From an uncultured virus (IMG/VR IMGVR_UViG_3300006145_000010) (lineage: Duplodnaviria > Heunggongvirae > Uroviricota > Caudoviricetes): a DNA stretch of 64,000 nt. A program made the translations under genes and the position numbers. Location: IMG/VR virus record IMGVR_UViG_3300006145_000010. The stretch is one strand, 5' to 3'. Numbering within the stretch: position 1 is the first letter of the stretch; every line of letters starts with the position of its first letter. Of this stretch, positions 58,301 to 64,000 are shown piece by piece. The notes beneath the pieces were generated by a model. It searched no databases, had not been told where the DNA came from, and saw only the letters and a program-made list of their open reading frames with translations.

Positions 58301-59139
58301 ATGCTTCCGATCAGAATTACACCGGAGCGATCAGGTTTTCCATGGCCGGCATGAGGGCTATTGAGAAGATGGACGTGTGGAGCAATGCCGTGTCCATGGC
58401 CGCCCTGTATAACGCGAAGTGGGCCGAGCTGGAAGAGGCAGGAAAAAGGACCGGCGTCCCGATGACGGATGATGAGATGCACGCCCTGTGCATGCAGAGC
58501 GTGACCCGGGCGCTGGAGCTGGTGGCCCAGCCGCTGACGCAGAGCCAGAAGAGCATGCTGGGGGCTTCCACGGGCCTGTTTGCGAAGATGGCCTGTTTTA
58601 TGAGTTCCGAGGTGTTGAATAAGGTGGGGATGATCGTTTCTCATGTGAGCTCCGGGAATTGGGGGCAGGCTCTTGCTTTATATGGAATGATGTCCGTTGC
58701 CGAACAGACGGTGATTGCCCTGTGGCACGCCCTGCTGGATGACGAGGACGAGTGGGAGAAGAACGGCGGATGGTTCGGCGCCATGCTGGGGGCTCCTGTT
58801 GCCATGATTGGCGGGGTGCCGATGCTGGGTGCGGCGGTGGAGTTTGGCTACAAGCAGGCGACTGGACAGCGTATTTACGCAGGCACCGCGTCCGGAGTGA
58901 TTGATTATTCCGCGATTTACCGGGCGGCCAAAAATACGTGGAAAGCCGTCACCGGGGAGAAGGAGATGACGTTTGCCGATTGGGCGGAATTGATTCTGCT
59001 GGATGCCAAGGCGGCCGCTTACGTGGCCGGAGCGGGCGCCGGGAGCCGCAGCAAGGCGGCTGATTCCGTGGCGTCCTGGCTCTTGTCCGTGGCTGGGGTG
59101 GCGAATTTGTCCAAGCCTGGGTTTAAGCTGGCGGAGTGA
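49312..59139 (+). CDS. Giant internal virion / large polyvalent protein (ParB-like, BECR nuclease-like, two ART-like domains)
   Basis: 3275 aa; PISVW..VITGRHR; GYGLTHI..IVSAY; VVYHGT..GFYFT..PNQIKS; LHASPH..GEGAQAYGWGLYF..NYVIFD. Confidence 0.8.
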   Translation: MNDNFSFDGADAADMPLDLSFSSLPLPEGEAAAGFHLPEMEPGTGQEQAAADINLLNGSDVMETTPSPFPAPEDPSETEFRPQLTDPESLHDQGAMMMYGAAEREERRRKDKQARLMDVLRAGAMDGEGRKKAAELWGQDALNRLDLASEHDRAYMLGNRLMETIGDGDRDVGRQIYKNANNLWGTDVVTADQIWKDFQGRHQKTLDAYNENLKRVQTEQEEISRRIVDCVAGKEGSWDACPADLLKYAESPQKAADSIMRARRAYAFAERRGFEDVWRSDALDMADLLTVNVNGNEVLDQQALMLLMTAIDRKVQESQTDSAAFWRNLYRSFADTARGAESLGVKAVQAVRGIPGMSGMEEWYSNNIAPLQGVKDTFDGQRQLFDRYEQRREALNTMQDVMHEFGQRMRGTSPDASWYVKAINGAGNITGQSLSYMAPGGWALALAGDMGHAGNAASRNGDSLVDVTINGLRNTVEEKGFGVFSVFGRMGAINKLMTRTGTGALARLAAKVPGRTFFAGTRTGKMLSTPAFAYVEEMAAEPLAGELFEWTARKLSGMTGMEVKPKDFEVVGPVLQAMGDVEQSGGCALFVAAMAAGHAPRMKQEVAAFVTDAQRAQLAGYTKKHAEEMASFSTAEHKAALAQKYFETDVLKDPEGAAERARKAGAELADRQEARLYQMSGALDKVLEKANIGRIRKLEGTDRYEVSLREGAVVNGVKMEEDRSVEMNEEQTDALVQVVLQGAYLNGVRVMQDAVLGNAAISEAGKMDFIETLDMLSEEAPAEYRKAAAETGGMTVPGLMDVAARAQARIDAIVREEGVSVQEARSRTDAEVMGKVQLGSIADLAAAFERRLDHAVRSGEITRGRSEEIRNGTAAASFAHRFTMATDPGSSLLLYAGGHATTANVMEDVQESALVHYMNLTGKDWQDLWEHLQAADAVLGRYGVSLGTYEGPAHDARDVVESFSNLSLSSSLADIESLPVPQWVKDTAEFALKNLEDSARIIRMGEQWNEFAATDEGKKFMEEHGGLADALQAVGVSTESVFRQARMDAAQKLDVEMVHADLASRRAPGDATMTLGELEALEESMARMDAAEDVEETAEEEDETDPVTGIAGNSASPAPLVEDAGGSLEGVGEEAEHDEEAGAEFRDHAFVRVAPDCVFAQVRVDSLALAPDVEQFKQGDHNERGAVKGRELQGWFREDAQPISVWRRRDGALHVITGRHRFDLAVRDGVEFIPAYVYEEDDAHDATWAKMHDVGQNMLDGQASALEVAFFVRNSNMGRDEMEAQGYLRPGSANVMGWDIATLAGDEVFTRLKNGVITDNEAWKVCRLSSTEAGQMLALQLREKGKPWDYVAAYVKEADRVAAEKSREGEAFDLFGNDTSWQEDCEKVARFAARGISLIAERLSLLKKSRGISRRKDLAGRMGIRLETDADLNAAIHDLERAKGAWQSHDPALHLHDRALAWDGTSEVNPFERVPVSGATFSVVAMDSSGTVLAPETFVTREDGSPDWFVIPRRKRQPAMPVRLLVGSDVGEHRGYGLTHILASRGFSFWKDRSPERYISSILANVSELYEVAPGRELLVKGRQPSSWMLLQLDRKDGFYSIVSAYPVRQGKKPLGKKLPLAERQPANANSGTARLGPGSASKAALPSQSAGGGDGFSLPQGAHVVNVNEVECRFDDGAIVPATFSLSLEKEAIKKEAVAAGTFMKAPNGKETNLTEDQWLAVRTAAFKNWFGDWEKDPQNASKVVDENGEPRVVYHGTYGDFTVFDKAKIGSATDYGIWGRGFYFTNMENTPYGNKKLALFLNIRNPFIFNDYKSAEEIGDYLNIWDGNFHEDDRFGIFRPYATGAAQIADSAQERGHDGLIAVLGKWTEYIAFEPNQIKSSTNNRGTFDPKNPDITFSIVSAQEQGLFRDGHFEAGNAVITEPGVTFSITALHASPHSFRKFDTAFMGKGEGAQAYGWGLYFAENPEVNRSYMNQFAQDKTTWKFREVETGVIEVMQRSLVNSFLPKDALPEAKEDASDIAWSVLGDLVDASKGSMTVSDIAREVMEEIEINRKHAEEYPQEREKMVQLEGFLLSLLDHLDEIEVRTGMPSNYRVELNVEDYLDFMEGGELLFWDKGYGSSTTSRIGDWLLDEGKEEAYSLFNDKDPENGYWMGGKIYRSLEDALGSPREASEFLLRHGVRGIRYADGFSRWKAEEKQTYNYVIFDGNDIKITAFADESTGGAWADYEDPTASFSLATRESVWVTLEREAQKNRLEVLRSQTAKALETWRRVCAANDVKQGDGAEAFGRVMAVVASIYKTLPEGYRFGLYPYMRAAENLATRLEDGQAWLSDELKKETLMDDTSERMDAVIDKLLARTLEQADRYAVDQMRAEMVARIKAVQPTKKASGKFNKGKLSAEDYRHLHGIVAMMNTDQEAKEKRMLELEGVLSSNQSTEEERGAAELELKDWHTFGYLAGMGLEQTRACARALALFITTGRTAWSTRLDEERRRTKFKAEKIVEGLGQATPQGGRDAEEDAKASTRTKAAKYLKYGLQSYSQLLNGWKKIPALRGLAHAEVTAIAEANVALRNMKHARDREVTALVKRCFGVQRTKDVARVLSDFKKTGDSGVVLNPLVKVERTVRIAEAREWVGLSFEEREERRKAIRKEYNDRGLSDDKASVPEALIPEMRRQLAELDELVKAGDGRARRRKNITAKEEVVRPGRKGETLKVSRAQAMYAILLYEQAEYVETMRNEGIGEAEVARLREFVGAEGLAFGYGLRELMNRQGKLLARVYEEREGVPFPAVENYFRAVFRADHKLDTKASFGEQTNAVAGGAKYGMLIPRRKHNLHLAWNMDCEAVFQAASAEVENYICTADITARWRGILADKEAAASLKEHMGRHGIDSLRHWLDVIDGAGVMEGGALLAGAQATSRFQSAKAVALLAWNVLTMLKQTSGLMHGMFAGEVGMGSFLLHLGQTMSMTGRMGVFEVMKTEAFRARTNDAQAELVSQLMGYASDQNYTGAIRFSMAGMRAIEKMDVWSNAVSMAALYNAKWAELEEAGKRTGVPMTDDEMHALCMQSVTRALELVAQPLTQSQKSMLGASTGLFAKMACFMSSEVLNKVGMIVSHVSSGNWGQALALYGMMSVAEQTVIALWHALLDDEDEWEKNGGWFGAMLGAPVAMIGGVPMLGAAVEFGYKQATGQRIYAGTASGVIDYSAIYRAAKNTWKAVTGEKEMTFADWAELILLDAKAAAYVAGAGAGSRSKAADSVASWLLSVAGVANLSKPGFKLAE
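49743..49907 (+). repeat. 165-bp direct repeat, copy 1 (in the giant gene)
   Basis: 163/165 identical to 59776-59940. Confidence 0.95.
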
Positions 59140-59194
59140 TTCCAAAATATTGCAAGCTTGTGTTTCATTTTGTGCGCCATTATGGTGTGGACTC

Positions 59195-60076
59195 ATGAAA
59201 GGCTTGCTGATTGCTGTTTGCGTTCTTCTGGGGGTGGCGCTGTTGCCGATGCCTTACGGGTATTATATGTTCCTGCGTTTAGCTGTCTGTGCTTATGCTG
59301 TCTTTGTATTTGCACAGGAACAGAAGAAGGGAGTTTGTTTTGGAAGCGTGTCAGCCGCCGCTATTGCCCTGCTTTACAATCCCATTTTCCGGGTGCATTT
59401 GGAGAAAGAGGTCTGGATGTGGGTGAATGCCGGAACCATTGTTCTTTTTTTGTCCATTATGGCGCCATGGTCCATTATCTGGAAGAAGGTGAAGGGTCCG
59501 GTTAAAGTCCTGTTTGTGCTTCTGGTAATTGCTTCCGCCGCTTTTGCTGTTGTCAAATATAGAGAGAATGAAAGGCTGGAGAAGGTGGCCACCCATGAGC
59601 GAATGCAACAGGAGCAGGCGAGAGCAAAGCAGGAAGAGAAGATGGAATGTTACAGAGCAAGGAAAGGATCGAATACCAAGGAGATGGTCTTGATGGATCT
59701 TGTGCTGTTTGCTACCGGAGATGAAGGGGCGAAAGAGAGATTCCGCGTACGTTGGGGCGAAGATGCTGTTTCCCTCCTTGATCTGGCTAGCGAACATGAC
59801 CGGGCTTATATGCTTGGGAATCGCCTGATGGAGACCATCGGTGACGGAGATAGAGATGTAGGCCGCCAGATTTACAAGAACGCCAACAATTTGTGGGGAA
59901 CAGATGTTGTTACGGCAGATCAGATTTGGAAGGATTTTCAGGAGAGGAATGCATGCGTTGTGGAGGTAGAAAAGAATATGAACGCGATCAACGCAGAAGA
60001 CTGGAATAGTAATGGAGCCGAAGTTTTTGCTAAGAGCTTTTTCAAGAAGCAGATACAACTCAAGATTCCGAAGTAG
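59195..60076 (+). CDS. DUF6804-like membrane protein fused to a copy of an ejection-protein segment
   Basis: LLPMPYGYYMFLR..LLYNPIF DUF6804-like TM region; residues 195-249 are identical to residues 145-199 of the giant protein. Confidence 0.8.
   Translation: MKGLLIAVCVLLGVALLPMPYGYYMFLRLAVCAYAVFVFAQEQKKGVCFGSVSAAAIALLYNPIFRVHLEKEVWMWVNAGTIVLFLSIMAPWSIIWKKVKGPVKVLFVLLVIASAAFAVVKYRENERLEKVATHERMQQEQARAKQEEKMECYRARKGSNTKEMVLMDLVLFATGDEGAKERFRVRWGEDAVSLLDLASEHDRAYMLGNRLMETIGDGDRDVGRQIYKNANNLWGTDVVTADQIWKDFQERNACVVEVEKNMNAINAEDWNSNGAEVFAKSFFKKQIQLKIPK
59776..59940 (+). repeat. 165-bp direct repeat, copy 2
   Basis: Mismatches only at 59803 and 59920. Confidence 0.95.
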
Positions 60077-60169
60077 GGAAATAGTAGAGCTAAATTCTTA
60101 AAAAGCACCACGAAACTTTCTGAAAGGAATTTATTGACTTGGAAAGAACCGATACATATAAGGGAGAAT

Positions 60170-60979
60170 ATGGACATTAAAGAAGCTGTTTCAATTTCTT
60201 TCAAGGCATTAGGTAAGAAAGAAGCCCACGTAAACGATATAGCGGAGCATATTGTTCAGCATATCGCTGAATTTCAAGGGGCATCCGTTGAGGACATGAA
60301 GAAGAAGGTTAATTCTTTTTTGGCAGCCAATGTCAAAAGCAAGACACCGGTTTATGCAAAGGTTATCAATCCAAAGACGAAGAGATCCAGAAAGGGGCTT
60401 TATAAGATCAAGCCGGAGCCAAAAGGTACTCAAGTCATCAGAACAGAACCTGACCGTAAAAAGAAACCAAACCCCGGAGGAGATAAGCAAGTACAACTCC
60501 CTCTTGTCTTTTCCAATACTTCCTGCGACAAGATCTTTTGCGGTAAAGGTGGTGAATTTGCTGTAGTGAGTGAATTATTATTCCGTGGCTATAATGCCAG
60601 CATTATGTCTGCTGATGAAGGAGTTGATATTACAGCGTCAAAAGGAGACAAATTTTTCTTTATTCAGGTTAAAACTTCTTTTTTCAAAGAAAACAAGCTT
60701 TCTGTTTTCATTAAACCGAATAATTTTATCAACAGCTCTACCGCTAATATATTTTATGTGATTGTGTTCCGCTATTCATGCGATGGGCATATGACTAATC
60801 GTTTTCTCATTTTGCAAAATGGGGATATTAACAGAATGCAACACGGAGGATATATTAGCACATCAGACGCCGGAATGACAATCAAGGTCAAGCAAGACAA
60901 TAGAGGATTGTTTATCTATAACCGAGATAAACAAGAAGACGCAACCTATTACCTAGATAATTTTGATCTCATTAGGTAG
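60170..60979 (+). CDS. wHTH plus PD-(D/E)xK endonuclease-like protein
   Basis: GKGGEFAVVSELL..DEGVDI..FIQVKT; promoter TTGACT(60134)-17-TATAAG; AT-rich. Confidence 0.7.
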   Translation: MDIKEAVSISFKALGKKEAHVNDIAEHIVQHIAEFQGASVEDMKKKVNSFLAANVKSKTPVYAKVINPKTKRSRKGLYKIKPEPKGTQVIRTEPDRKKKPNPGGDKQVQLPLVFSNTSCDKIFCGKGGEFAVVSELLFRGYNASIMSADEGVDITASKGDKFFFIQVKTSFFKENKLSVFIKPNNFINSSTANIFYVIVFRYSCDGHMTNRFLILQNGDINRMQHGGYISTSDAGMTIKVKQDNRGLFIYNRDKQEDATYYLDNFDLIR

Positions 60980-61159
60980 AAACTTATTTAACAAAAAAGC
61001 CCCTGACCCGGAGGCCAAGGGCTGAACAGGAGCGCTTTTCTGGGAGGATGCTACTGTACACGGCTGTAATGGCAATAAAAAACCGCCCGCGTTTCCCAAC
61101 GTGGACGGCTAACGGAAAATAAAAAAGAGGGTTTACCTATAACATACCTCTCTATTACG

Positions 61160-61921
61160 TCAAGCTTTCTTCCAGCGTTCCAGCGTTTCCACATAGATGC
61201 CGGAGATTTTACCGCCGTCCATGGGTTCGATGTCTCCGAAGTCGGGATTGAGTGGATGTAATACGTATTCCATTTTTCCGGTTTCCGGGTTTTTCCTGCG
61301 AACCAGTTTTTTGAGCGTCACCCCTCGTTCATCGTGGTATTGAACAATGGTTCCTAACTTGGGGATGGGAGGGATGGTGTATTTTTTCATGATGACCACG
61401 GAGCCGTCCGGGATGGAGGGTTCCATAGAGTGACCGTTGACGCGTAGCAGGTATTCCCCTTTTTCCAGTTCGCGGTATAACCAGATGTCCTGCGGGATGG
61501 TGTCTCCATCCGCCAGGTTGCCGGCGGCAATGTTGCCGATGATTCGTCCCTGAGCCTCCAAGGGAGGGGCTGTGAATGTTTCTACCGGGGTAAACTTCTT
61601 GCGGGCTGCCTCTTTTTCTTTGGCGGCATTTTGAATGGCGGTATTGACGAATTCCAGGAAGGTTTCTTTGTGGGCTTTAGCGGCCTCACAGATAATGTCC
61701 CATTCTTCATCTGTGAAGTCGATGACGATGCGGGGAGAGGATTCGGCTTCTCCGTTCATAAGACGCTGAATAACAAGGATAGCCTTTGCGGGAATATTGA
61801 TGGATGACGAAAGCCAATTATCTACCTGACGCTTGGAAACTCCACATTGGTTAGCGAGCCATTCTCTGTCTCTACCAATAACCTTGAGCCATTTTTTTAC
61901 GTCTTCTTTTGTTGTCGTCAT
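61160..61921 (-). CDS. CI-like repressor with S24 peptidase domain
   Basis: N-terminal HTH, IAAG cleavage site, VNGHSMEP, TLKKL. Confidence 0.9.
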   Translation of the reverse strand: MTTTKEDVKKWLKVIGRDREWLANQCGVSKRQVDNWLSSSINIPAKAILVIQRLMNGEAESSPRIVIDFTDEEWDIICEAAKAHKETFLEFVNTAIQNAAKEKEAARKKFTPVETFTAPPLEAQGRIIGNIAAGNLADGDTIPQDIWLYRELEKGEYLLRVNGHSMEPSIPDGSVVIMKKYTIPPIPKLGTIVQYHDERGVTLKKLVRRKNPETGKMEYVLHPLNPDFGDIEPMDGGKISGIYVETLERWKKA

Positions 61922-61933
61922 GCATTGATATTA

Positions 61934-62022
61934 CAGCATTTTGCTGATATGTCAACACCTTGTTACCTAGCAATTTCAGTATTATGCTGAAAATATATCT
62001 TGAAATATTCAGTTATACGCTG
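61934..62022. promoter_or_regulatory. Three 13-bp operators between cI and cro
   Basis: CAGCATTTTGCTG(61934), CAGTATTATGCTG(61977), CAGTTATACGCTG(62010); divergent promoters TTGACA-16-TAATAT (-) and TTGAAA-17-TAATTT (+). Confidence 0.75.
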
Positions 62023-62051
62023 TAATTTGAGGCCATCAGTTACGGAAATAG

Positions 62052-62252
62052 ATGAAAACAGAAATCGACTTAGACAAATTGCCGGACGGCTGCAAGAGCC
62101 ATCTGCTGGCCGAAGCGGAAGAAGGATTGAAGCCTTCGGAAGCTATTATCCGCATCATTGAACGAGAATCATTCCGCAGGGGATTCCGTGTTCACCTGAC
62201 CACGGCTAGCAACCTTCCCCGCCCGAAGAACCCCAAGAAGCCGGCAGCATGA
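62052..62252 (+). CDS. Cro-position small protein (ends KPAA)
   Basis: First gene divergent from cI. Confidence 0.65.
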   Translation: MKTEIDLDKLPDGCKSHLLAEAEEGLKPSEAIIRIIERESFRRGFRVHLTTASNLPRPKNPKKPAA

Positions 62253-62605
62253 ATATGAAAACCTCCCCCCAAGAAAGAACCACAAGTATGCAATGGGAAA
62301 ACACCAATAAGAAACTGGTGATTTACGCAGATGAGCTCCGTACAGCTCTACCGGAGGAAGGAGAGTTCTATGTAGAGGTTGCGGGCAGGGCTTACAAAAT
62401 GAAGCCTCTCAAGGAGAGAACAGCATTGTTCGCTTCATCCGTTTATACGGACGAACCTCATTTGCTGCATGACTGCCTGGTTGTGGCGGAAGGCGATTAC
62501 TGCCTTCTGGCTATTCGTCGTCGTATTCCGCAAGGCGCTGACCACGCGGATGGAGATGAAGAAAGGAAGTCCAGCAACCTCGAACCCAAGAAGCCGGAGG
62601 CATAA
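62249..62605 (+). CDS. Hypothetical early protein
   Basis: ATGA overlap; ends PKKPEA. Confidence 0.5.
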   Translation: MNMKTSPQERTTSMQWENTNKKLVIYADELRTALPEEGEFYVEVAGRAYKMKPLKERTALFASSVYTDEPHLLHDCLVVAEGDYCLLAIRRRIPQGADHADGDEERKSSNLEPKKPEA

Positions 62606-62717
62606 TGGAAATAGACTGGTCCAACATTGTCGAAGGCATCTGGAAACAATTTCCCACAGCTCTCGCCTGCTTTTGGATGGGGCTCCATGAAGGGAGAAAA
62701 GAAAACAAGAACCAAAA

Positions 62718-62978
62718 ATGAATACAAATACTGAATTACCGAGGAACGCTCGGATGTTGACCAAGGAAGAAGCAGATGACTGGGACAAGATCTGTTCCGA
62801 TTTCGACCCCATTTTCCTCGAAGTAGATGGAGAAATACGCGAGTTTGAAAGAATAAGTTCCTGTCCTTCCCCTGTTCTGGGGAAAGGTTTCCTGGTATTG
62901 GCTGTCTCTTGCCCTGAATGGGGGAAAGAGAAACTAATGATTGTTGCCAGATGTAAAGAAGGAAAGGAGGTAGTTTGA
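62718..62978 (+). CDS. Hypothetical early protein
   Basis: ORF in the rightward operon. Confidence 0.5.
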   Translation: MNTNTELPRNARMLTKEEADDWDKICSDFDPIFLEVDGEIREFERISSCPSPVLGKGFLVLAVSCPEWGKEKLMIVARCKEGKEVV

Positions 62979-63128
62979 ATGAATAACGCGGAATCTGGAA
63001 TTCGCGTTAGGGATGGAGAGGATGTAATCATAAGTCCCGTCGGAGCGCTTCTTAATCAGCGCAATGTAATCAGCATTCACGATATGGGGACGACCAGAAG
63101 AATCTTCTATTGTGATGAATTTAGGCAT
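62934..63128 (-). CDS. Small counter-oriented protein, FlbD-like pattern
   Basis: FITIEDSSGRPHIVNADYIALI. Confidence 0.45.
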   Translation of the reverse strand: MPKFITIEDSSGRPHIVNADYIALIKKRSDGTYDYILSIPNANSRFRVIHSNYLLSFFTSGNNH

Positions 63129-63290
63129 AACGGAATAGTAGCCTGACAGCTTTCATCTTCAAGAATAATGAGCCGGCATGCGCATGAATTTAGGCAATAC
63201 GAGCACATTCAAAGCCAAGGCGTTACATTGGCAGGCTCTCCATTTTTATTTAAGTAATAACAACCAATATCAATCACTAACAAATAACCA

Positions 63291-63440
63291 ATGATGAACT
63301 GGACTGAATTTATTGTTGTGACGCTGCTTAACATGGCAGGCTACCTGTCCGCGTTGATGCTTGGTATCAGCCTGGGAGAGAAACACATCATACGCCAGGT
63401 AAACAGAACCCTGGATCAGATGAGAAAGGAGCGGGCATGA
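63291..63440 (+). CDS. 49-aa single-TM early protein
   Basis: Translated by hand: MMNWTEFIVVTLLNMAGYLSALMLGISLG...; ATGA-coupled to the next ORF. Confidence 0.55.
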   Translation: MMNWTEFIVVTLLNMAGYLSALMLGISLGEKHIIRQVNRTLDQMRKERA

Positions 63441-63604
63441 TTATCGAATACGACGACGAAGACCGGTGCATCCGGGTGGACGGTGAAGCGATCTCCTACG
63501 GCGTTGCGGTTGGACTCCTGGAGCAGATTGAGCAGGCCATCGACGAGTGGGATTTTGACCACGCCCCCCAGTGCGACAACCCCGACGGACACTACGACGA
63601 CTGA
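63437..63604 (+). CDS. 55-aa acidic early protein
   Basis: SD AAGGAG; MIIEYDDEDRCIRVDG... Confidence 0.55.
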   Translation: MIIEYDDEDRCIRVDGEAISYGVAVGLLEQIEQAIDEWDFDHAPQCDNPDGHYDD

Positions 63605-63674
63605 ACCATGGAAGAAGACCTGATCGAAGAATTGAAGCTGCTCGGCTGGCACGAGCTTTAACAATGAAAATATT

Positions 63675-63893
63675 ATGACCTACCCTGAATCAGAGTTTTA
63701 CGACTGCAAGACCCTGGCCCTGATGTACGATTCCGACCGGGATGTGATCAAGCGAACCGTCCATGAGTTGAAGGACAAGGGGCATGTGATCGAGATCCTG
63801 TACTGGGGCAAGCAGGGGAAGATGAAGGTGCACGGCAAGCAGTTCCGCCGGGCGTTACTCCGAGAATACGGAGAAGGAGGAGTGAGCAAATGA
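63675..63893 (+). CDS. Small HTH/excisionase-like protein
   Basis: YDCKTLALMYDSDRDVIKR. Confidence 0.55.
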   Translation: MTYPESEFYDCKTLALMYDSDRDVIKRTVHELKDKGHVIEILYWGKQGKMKVHGKQFRRALLREYGEGGVSK

Positions 63894-64000
63894 ATACCTT
63901 TTTCAAGTTCTTGGGGGCCTGCTCCTTTGGTCTTTCCGCTGCGTGCCTGTTCTGGCTGGCGGTGGAGCTGGATAACGCCGAGCTCCAGGCGGGCAAGTCT

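Larger units (their letters stand above)
34322..64000. mobile_element. Temperate podovirus-like phage B (continues beyond the window)
   Basis: T7/BPP-1-type portal, tubular A/B, ejection proteins, integrase, CI. Confidence 0.85.

Noticed and set aside
49294..58644. Very long minus-strand ORFs (49294-53067, 55843-58644; also 43219-45435, 40253-41863, 18421-20034)
   Set aside because: Antisense shadows of GC-rich genes, with His/Pro/Leu-biased translations and no motifs
49743..59940. Diversity-generating retroelement TR/VR pair
   Set aside because: Only two mismatches, both synonymous and one C/T rather than adenine-specific; no reverse transcriptase seen in the window
60990..61160. Third peptide/sRNA locus
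   Set aside because: Two minus-strand terminator-like hairpins, but the SD-like AGAGAGGT leads only to ATG-TTA-TAG and I found no complementary partner

Overview
The whole 64 kb looks phage-derived, with no recognisable host housekeeping genes. It holds two different temperate phage genomes joined end to end. Phage A (~1 to 31-34 kb) is lambda-like/siphovirus-like: primase and helicase, tyrosine integrase next to a tRNA-Cys-like att core, a duplicated repressor/cro-like switch, hicAB, tRNA-Glu, GpA terminase, lambda-type portal, Clp protease, capsid, a tail module with a -1 frameshift, tape measure, glycosyltransferase and tail fibre. Phage B (~34.3 kb to the end) is podovirus-like: T7/BPP-1-type portal, scaffold, integrase next to a tRNA-Ser-like att core, capsid, nozzle, terminase, ejection proteins including a 3275-aa polyvalent protein, and a CI/Cro switch. 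Both att cores have phage DNA on both sides, i.e. the attP configuration. The host is probably Akkermansia-like, which is my impression and unverified. Main observations: (1) a membrane protein carries a 55-aa segment identical to part of the giant ejection protein (165-bp repeat, 2 synonymous mismatches), a candidate decoy superinfection-exclusion system; (2) two unannotated small-peptide/sRNA loci resemble type I toxin-antitoxin systems; (3) the two phages appear fused through the tail-fibre/lysis module; (4) each phage has its own repeated late-gene motif. Product names come from motif recognition and synteny, not from database searches.
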